Source: Cupriavidus necator
GTDB lineage: Bacteria > Pseudomonadota > Gammaproteobacteria > Burkholderiales > Burkholderiaceae
Assembly: GCF_016127575.1 (NCBI RefSeq)
Contig: NZ_CP066018.1
Location: forward strand, 270,001-302,000
Direction of reading: 5' to 3'
Length of the DNA stretch: 32,000 nt
The translations under genes were made by a program, and so were the position numbers. The notes beneath the pieces were generated by a model that was given only the letters and a program-made list of their open reading frames with translations, was not told the DNA's origin and made no database searches. Shown piece by piece: positions 25,896-32,000 of the stretch. Every line of letters starts with the position of its first letter. The first letter of the stretch is position 1.

Positions 25896-26975
25896 ATGCT
25901 GAAGAACACCGACGACCTGCGCATTCGCGAACTCAAGGAACTGCTGCCGCCCGCGCACCTGATCCGCGAGTTCGGCTGCTCCGAACAGGCTTCGGACGTG
26001 ATCTACGGCGCGCGCCAGGCCATGCACCGCATCCTGCACGGCATGGATGACCGCCTGATCGTCATCATCGGCCCGTGCTCGATCCACGATACCCGCGCCG
26101 CGCTGGACTACGCCAAGCTGCTCAAGGTCCAGCGCGACCGCTTCGCCGGCGAGCTGGAAGTGGTGATGCGCGTGTACTTCGAGAAGCCGCGCACCACGGT
26201 GGGCTGGAAGGGGCTGATCAACGATCCGCACATGGATGGCAGCTTCAAGATCAACGATGGCCTGCGCACCGCGCGCGAACTGCTGCTGAACATCAGCGAG
26301 ATGGGCGTGCCCACCGGCACCGAGTACCTCGACATGATCAGCCCGCAGTACATCGCCGACCTGGTCAGCTGGGGCGCGATCGGCGCCCGCACCACCGAGT
26401 CGCAGGTGCACCGCGAGCTCGCCTCGGGGCTGTCGTGCCCGGTGGGCTTCAAGAACGGCACCGACGGCAACGTCAAGATCGCGGTCGATGCGATCAAGGC
26501 CGCGTCGCAGCCGCACCATTTCCTGTCGGTGACCAAGGGCGGCCACTCGGCGATCGTGTCGACCTCGGGCAACGAAGACTGCCATGTGATCCTGCGCGGC
26601 GGCAAGGCGCCCAACTACGACGCCGCCAGCGTGCAGGAAGCGTGCGACGCCATCGCCAAGGCCGGCCTGGCCTCGCGCCTGATGATCGATGCCTCGCACG
26701 CCAACAGCAGCAAGAAGCATGAGAATCAGATCCCGGTGTGCGAGGAGATCGGCCGCCAGATCGCCAGCGGCGACCAGCGCATCATCGGCGTGATGGTGGA
26801 ATCGCACCTGGTGGCGGGCCGCCAGGACCACGTTCAGGGCCAGCCGGTCGAGCAGCTGACCTACGGCCAGTCCGTGACCGATGCCTGCATCGGCTGGGAC
26901 GACTCGGTCAAGGTGCTCGAGGGACTGGCCGAATCGGTGCGCCAGCGCCGGCTGGTGTCGGGCAGCGGCAACTGA
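25896..26975 (+). CDS. aroG: 3-deoxy-7-phosphoheptulonate (DAHP) synthase, class I, AroG-like
   Basis: 359 aa. The N-terminus MLKNTDDLRIRELKELLPPAHLIREF closely parallels E. coli AroG. Also has KPRTTVGWKGLINDP and the rest of the class I-alpha DAHP synthase pattern. GGAG lies upstream of the ATG. Confidence 0.93.
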   Translation: MLKNTDDLRIRELKELLPPAHLIREFGCSEQASDVIYGARQAMHRILHGMDDRLIVIIGPCSIHDTRAALDYAKLLKVQRDRFAGELEVVMRVYFEKPRTTVGWKGLINDPHMDGSFKINDGLRTARELLLNISEMGVPTGTEYLDMISPQYIADLVSWGAIGARTTESQVHRELASGLSCPVGFKNGTDGNVKIAVDAIKAASQPHHFLSVTKGGHSAIVSTSGNEDCHVILRGGKAPNYDAASVQEACDAIAKAGLASRLMIDASHANSSKKHENQIPVCEEIGRQIASGDQRIIGVMVESHLVAGRQDHVQGQPVEQLTYGQSVTDACIGWDDSVKVLEGLAESVRQRRLVSGSGN

Positions 26976-27014
26976 TAGCGCCGCGGGGCCAGGGCCCCGC
27001 GCTCGCGCACACAA

Positions 27015-27047
27015 CAAAAAAGCCGCTTCCAGGGAAGCGGCTTTTTT
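27015..27047. terminator. Bidirectional rho-independent terminator between aroG and the cytochrome c genes
   Basis: A-run 27015-27021; GCCGCTTCC 27022-27030 pairs with GGAAGCGGC 27033-27041; T-run 27042-27047. A second GC hairpin without a U-tract lies at 26982-27001. Confidence 0.8.
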
Positions 27048-27075
27048 GCATTGGCGCGGCGGCGGCCGCGCGTTC

Positions 27076-27474
27076 TTACTTCTTCAGCACCAGGTCGCCA
27101 GGCAGCGACTCGATGTAGGCGGCCATGTCCTTCAGCTCCTTGCGGGTGAACGGGCGCGGCTTGCCGTCCTTGTCGGTCACGGCCGGATTGGCGTTGACCT
27201 GGCCCGCCATGATGGCATTGGAGCGGCCCACCAGCGGGTTGCCCGACACCTGGTACGACGCCAGCGCGTGGTACAGGTAGTCGGCGTGCTGGCCCGCCAG
27301 CTTGGGGTAGTCCGGCGAGATCGGGGCGTTCATGCCCGCGCCGTGGCAGGCCACGCAGGCACCCTTTTCCACCAGCGCCTTGCCGGCGGCAAGGTCGGCG
27401 GCCGAGGCCGGCATCGCGGCAGCACCCAGCACGAGTGCGCCGAGCGCGAACGAAAGCGTCTTGAGCGTATTCAT
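27076..27474 (-). CDS. Monohaem class I cytochrome c
   Basis: Signal peptide (…AAAMPASA), haem-binding CVACHG, and a distal Met candidate in SNAIMAGQ. 132 aa. Confidence 0.85.
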   Translation of the reverse strand: MNTLKTLSFALGALVLGAAAMPASAADLAAGKALVEKGACVACHGAGMNAPISPDYPKLAGQHADYLYHALASYQVSGNPLVGRSNAIMAGQVNANPAVTDKDGKPRPFTRKELKDMAAYIESLPGDLVLKK

Positions 27475-27484
27475 GAGGGGTCTC

Positions 27485-27832
27485 TTACTTGAGGGAATTG
27501 TTCTGCGTGCCGGCCTTCTGCTGCGAGTAGTAGGCCGCCACGTTGGCGATGTCCTGCTCGGTCAGCGTCGCGGCGATGCCGCGCATGGTCGGGTGCTTGC
27601 GCTCGCCCTTCTGGTAGGCCTTGAGCGCGTTCTCGATGTACTTGGCGCTCTGGCCGCCCAGCAGCGGCACTTCATAGATTTCGGGGAATGACGCACGGTA
27701 GCCCGGAATGCCGTGGCAGCCGATGCACATTGCAACCTTGTCCTTGGCAGCGTCTCCATTGCCCTTGACTTCCTGTGCCTGCGCAGCCGTTGCAGCCGCG
27801 CCCAGCACCACCATCGTGAGGAGCTTTTTCAT
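27485..27832 (-). CDS. Monohaem class I cytochrome c
   Basis: Signal peptide (…AATAAQA), haem-binding CIGCHG, and a distal Met candidate in HPTMRG. 115 aa. Its stop is 10 nt upstream of the next cytochrome c start. Confidence 0.85.
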   Translation of the reverse strand: MKKLLTMVVLGAAATAAQAQEVKGNGDAAKDKVAMCIGCHGIPGYRASFPEIYEVPLLGGQSAKYIENALKAYQKGERKHPTMRGIAATLTEQDIANVAAYYSQQKAGTQNNSLK

Positions 27833-28372
27833 TGTCTTTGCGGATTGGAAGTTAAACCGTGTGACCTGCCCTGCCGGGCGGAGACGGTTTCAGAATGCTG
27901 CTGCGGGGAAAACCAGGGCAGCCGGAGGGATTGCCGAGGTGCAACCCGCCAGACATGTCGCATCCGGTCTGTTGCCGGGATGTGGAACACCATTCTGGAA
28001 CCACCTCTCGCAATCGCCGCGACCCGGAAGGGCCGCTGGGACTTCTGAACGCGGACTGCCGGATGCTGGGAGAACTGGACGTGGGGGCGCGTCAAACCGC
28101 CGCATTGTACCGCAGCCGGCACCTGCCAGTCCAGCAACCGGCCCGGGCCGCCGGCGGCCTGTCAGCGCGCCCCAACACGAACCGCAAAGGTCTTTTATAC
28201 TGGCTGATCCCGGGAATCTGCACGACCGTTCGCGAATGCTGCCGCCAGCAGCGCGCGGGCGCCCTGCACCGGACCCCGTTTCCATAATGAAAGCGCGCAT
28301 GACAGCGCGAAGAGACCGCGCCAAGCACGCCAACCCGGCCCTCGATCCGAGGCCGTCACCTCAGGTTGCCTC

Positions 28373-29263
<891 letters not shown>

Positions 29264-29276
29264 GGCATTGCCCGCC

Positions 29277-29870
29277 ATGACTGCGTTCGTCAAACCCGTC
29301 ACGCTGGTGGGCCGGCACGTCACGCTGGAGCCGCTGCGCGCCGAGCATGCCGAGGGCCTGCGCAACGCCTGCGCCGACGGCGAGCTGTGGAAGCTCTGGT
29401 ACACCAGCGTGCCCGCGCCCGAGCGCATGGAGGCCGAGATCGCGCGGCGCCTGGCGCTGCAGGAACAGGGCTCGATGCTGCCGTTCGCGGTGCGCGATGC
29501 CGCCGGCGAGCTGGCGGGCATGACCACCTACATGAATATCGACGCGACCAACCGGCGTGTGGAGATCGGCTCCACCTGGTATGCGCGCCGCGTCCAGCGC
29601 ACGCCGCTGAACACGGAATGCAAGCTGATGCTGCTGGGCCATGCCTTCGACCATCTCGACTGCATCGCCGTGGAGTTCCGCACGCACTGGATGAACCAGC
29701 AGAGCCGCGCCGCCATCGCGCGCCTGGGCGCCAGGCAGGACGGCGTGCTGCGCAACCACCAGCGCATGCCGGACGGCTCGTTGCGCGACACCGTGGTGTT
29801 CTCGATCATCGCCAGCGAATGGCCGGCCGTGCGTCAACACCTGCAATTCCAGCTCGACCGTCCGCGCTGA
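29277..29870 (+). CDS. GNAT-family N-acetyltransferase (RimJ/RimL-like)
   Basis: The track ORF starts at TTG 29268. ATG 29277 is preferred because GAGG lies 11 nt upstream. The segments VGRHVTLEPLRAEHAEGL, RRVEIGSTWY, and the core LGHAFDHLDCIAVEFRTHWMNQQSRAAIARLGARQDGVLRNH fit the Acetyltransf_3-type GNAT pattern. Confidence 0.8.
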   Translation: MTAFVKPVTLVGRHVTLEPLRAEHAEGLRNACADGELWKLWYTSVPAPERMEAEIARRLALQEQGSMLPFAVRDAAGELAGMTTYMNIDATNRRVEIGSTWYARRVQRTPLNTECKLMLLGHAFDHLDCIAVEFRTHWMNQQSRAAIARLGARQDGVLRNHQRMPDGSLRDTVVFSIIASEWPAVRQHLQFQLDRPR

Positions 29871-29898
29871 AGCGGCCGCCGACTGATAGCGAGGCATC

Positions 29899-31074
29899 AT
29901 GCTGATCGATTTCTTCTTCTCGCTGCGCCACGCCAAGCTGCCGGTCTCGGTCAAGGAATACCTGACCATGCTGGAAGCGCTCAAGGCGCAGGTCATCTCG
30001 CCGTCCATCGACGAGTTCTACTACCTGTCGCGCATGACGCTGGTCAAGGACGAGAAGCACTTCGACAAGTTCGACCAGACCTTCGCCGCCTACTTCAAGG
30101 GCGTCGAGAGCCTGGTCGACTGGAAGTCCGACATCCCGCTCGACTGGCTGCAGAAGACGCTGGAGCGCGAACTCTCGCCCGAGGAAAAAGCCAAGATCGA
30201 GGCCATGGGCGGCCTCGACAAGCTGATGGAGCGCCTCAAGCAGCTGCTCGAGGAGCAGAAGGAAAAGCACGAGGGCGGCAACAAGTGGATCGGCACCGGC
30301 GGCACCTCGCCGTTCGGCCACGGCGGCTACAACCCCGAGGGCGTCCGCATCGGCGGCCCGTCCAAGGGCAACCGCACCGCGATCAAGGTGTGGGAGACAC
30401 GCGCCTACAAGGACTATGACGACCAGGTCGAACTGGGCACGCGCAATATCAAGGTGGCGCTGCGCCGGCTGCGCCGCTTTGCGCGCGAAGGCGCCGACAC
30501 CGAGCTGGACCTGGACGACACCATCCACTCCACCGCGGCCAACGCCGGCCTGCTCGACATCAAGCTGCGGCCCGAGCGCCACAACAAGGTCAAGGTGCTG
30601 ATGCTGATGGACGTGGGCGGCTCGATGGACGACCACATCAAGCGCGTGGAAGAGCTGTTCTCGGCCACCAAGACCGAGTTCAAGCACCTGGAGTACTACT
30701 ACTTCCACAATTGCCTGTACGACTACGTGTGGAAGAACAACCGCCGCCGCCACGCCGAGAAGCTGGCCACGTGGGACCTGCTGCACAAGTACACGCCCGA
30801 CTACAAGATCATCTTCGTCGGCGACGCCACCATGAGCCCGTACGAGATCCTGCAGCCGGGCGGCTCGGTGGAGTACAACAACACCGAAGCCGGCGCGGTC
30901 TGGCTGAACCGGATGACCGAGCAGTTCCCGCACTTCGTCTGGCTCAACCCCGAGCCGGAAGGGCTGTGGCAGTACCGGCAGTCGATCACGGTCATCAACC
31001 AGCTGATGAAGGGACGGATGTATCCGGTGACGCTGGCCGGGCTGGAACAGGCGATGAAGGTGTTGTCGAAGTAA
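29899..31074 (+). CDS. VWA-domain protein, CoxE-like
   Basis: The N-terminus MLIDFFFSLRHAKLPVSVKEYLTMLEAL and the C-terminal VWA region (VLMLMDVGGSMD with a MIDAS-like DxGxS) are typical of CoxE-family partners of MoxR ATPases. GAGG lies upstream of the ATG. Confidence 0.85.
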   Translation: MLIDFFFSLRHAKLPVSVKEYLTMLEALKAQVISPSIDEFYYLSRMTLVKDEKHFDKFDQTFAAYFKGVESLVDWKSDIPLDWLQKTLERELSPEEKAKIEAMGGLDKLMERLKQLLEEQKEKHEGGNKWIGTGGTSPFGHGGYNPEGVRIGGPSKGNRTAIKVWETRAYKDYDDQVELGTRNIKVALRRLRRFAREGADTELDLDDTIHSTAANAGLLDIKLRPERHNKVKVLMLMDVGGSMDDHIKRVEELFSATKTEFKHLEYYYFHNCLYDYVWKNNRRRHAEKLATWDLLHKYTPDYKIIFVGDATMSPYEILQPGGSVEYNNTEAGAVWLNRMTEQFPHFVWLNPEPEGLWQYRQSITVINQLMKGRMYPVTLAGLEQAMKVLSK

Positions 31075-31103
31075 GGCAGCGCTGGCTGCTGAAGCGCGTA
31101 AGT

Positions 31104-31129
31104 GGCGGCATCGACATGCCGCCTTTTTT
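31104..31129 (+). terminator. Rho-independent terminator after the VWA gene
   Basis: GGCGGCAT 31104-31111 pairs with ATGCCGCC 31116-31123 (loop CGAC), followed by TTTTTT 31124-31129. Confidence 0.8.
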
Positions 31130-31135
31130 CATGGG

Positions 31136-32000
31136 TCAGTCCACGGTGATGCCCGCCTGCCGGATGAACCTGCCATAGCGCGCGCGATCCACGTTCTGCC
31201 GCTCGGCAAACGCCTGGATGCTCAGCGGCGCCACGGCGCCGCCCAGCTTGTTGACGTTTTCCTGCAGCTGCGCGCCGGCGAGCGTGCGGTTGATCTCGCG
31301 GTTCATGCGCTCGACGATGGCCGGCGGCGTGCCGGCGGGCGCATAGACGCCGAAGGTCGAGTCGCCGTCCACGTCCTGCAGGCCGGCCTCGGCCAGCGTC
31401 GGCACGTCCGGGTATTGCGCCGCGCGCTTGGCGCTGGCCACCGCCAGCAGCCTGAGCTTGCCGCTGGCCACGTGCTGCAGGCCGGGGCCGGGATCGAACA
31501 TGAACTGCACCTGCCCTGCCAGCAGGTCGCTCAGGGCCGGGGCCGCGCCCTTGTACGGCACGTGCACGGCGTCCAGCTTGCCGGCGCGTTTGAACATCTC
31601 GGCAGCGATATGCGGCGTGCTGCCGTTGCCGGCCGAGCCGTAGCTAAGCCTGCCCGGATGCTCGCGCACATAGGCGATGAACGCTTCCAGCGTCTTCGCC
31701 GGCACCGACGGATGCACCAGCAGGTAGACCCGCACCAGCGCCACCGACGCGACCGGGGTCAGATCCTTGATCGGATCGTACGGCATCTTCTTGTAGAGGA
31801 AGGGATCGATCGCCACCGCGCCGCCCGAGGTCAGCAGGAAGGTATAGCCATCGGCCGGCGCCTTGGCCACGGCATCGCCGCCGACGATGCCGTTGGCGCC
31901 GGGGCGGTTGTCGATCACCACCGGACGCTTCAGCGCCTCGGACAGACCGGGCGAGATGCCGCGCGCCAGCGTATCCGCGGCCCCGCCGGCCGGGAAGTTG
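31136..32000 (-). CDS. Bug-family (TctC-like) tripartite tricarboxylate transporter substrate-binding protein, 5'-truncated by the window edge
   Basis: The segments DNRPGANGIVGGDAVAKAPADGYTFLL, YDPIKDLTPVA and SYGSAGNGSTPHIAAEMF are Bug-family hallmarks. The frame stays open from 31921 to 32000 (…DTLARGISPGLSEALKRPVVIDN…), so the track start at 31921 (a GTG) is internal. Confidence 0.85.
   Translation of the reverse strand, partial: NFPAGGAADTLARGISPGLSEALKRPVVIDNRPGANGIVGGDAVAKAPADGYTFLLTSGGAVAIDPFLYKKMPYDPIKDLTPVASVALVRVYLLVHPSVPAKTLEAFIAYVREHPGRLSYGSAGNGSTPHIAAEMFKRAGKLDAVHVPYKGAAPALSDLLAGQVQFMFDPGPGLQHVASGKLRLLAVASAKRAAQYPDVPTLAEAGLQDVDGDSTFGVYAPAGTPPAIVERMNREINRTLAGAQLQENVNKLGGAVAPLSIQAFAERQNVDRARYGRFIRQAGITVD

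Noticed and set aside
27886-28002. Assignment of the structured intergenic element to a known riboswitch class (cobalamin considered because of GGGAA/CCAGGG-like strings)
   Set aside because: No B12 box or other class-defining core that I can recognise. It is kept only as an unclassified candidate structure in the findings.
28146-28159. Perfect 14-nt palindrome GGCCGCCGGCGGCC
   Set aside because: It contains only G and C, so it is likely to arise by chance at this base composition. I noticed no second copy or flanking context suggesting a REP-type element.

Overview
GC-rich window (roughly two-thirds G+C by eye). Gene content and protein sequences look like the core chromosome of a Burkholderiaceae betaproteobacterium (Cupriavidus/Ralstonia-like); this assignment is an inference. 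I support 27 conventional protein genes plus 2 small candidate ORFs. In order they are: Coq4-family protein, RutE-like nitroreductase, EamA transporter, DUF1841 protein, outer-membrane phospholipase A with an extra N-terminal module, thioredoxin-like protein, grpE, a 57-codon membrane ORF in a low-GC pocket, hslR, hemH, hrcA, nadK, recN, a lipoprotein resembling a subtilase propeptide, an S8 protease with a GlyGly-CTERM tail, rhombosortase, glnE, yhdP, a carbon-nitrogen hydrolase, tldD, a SAM methyltransferase, a 23-codon Phe/Tyr leader ORF, aroG, two monohaem cytochromes c, MoxR ATPase, GNAT acetyltransferase, CoxE-like VWA protein, and a partial Bug/TctC binding protein. I recognised no rRNA, tRNA, CRISPR array, transposase, integrase or prophage signature. 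Many long ORFs in the track (up to 1033 aa) are antisense shadows of real genes, as expected at this GC content. Most of the window is ordinary conserved core. The observations most worth follow-up are these. (1) A candidate ribosome-mediated attenuator upstream of aroG: leader peptide MSAKFYFYFFSDLTPLADREGRL plus mutually exclusive antiterminator and terminator helices. (2) A three-gene protease module: a lipid-anchored free copy of the protease propeptide, an S8 protease with a GlyGly-CTERM signal, and a rhombosortase. (3) A MoxR-GNAT-VWA cluster of unknown function. (4) A 540-nt intergenic region with a strand-specific long-range helix. (5) A low-GC pocket with a small membrane ORF inside the heat-shock gene cluster. 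No homology search, HMM search or folding was run; all family assignments come from reading the translations.
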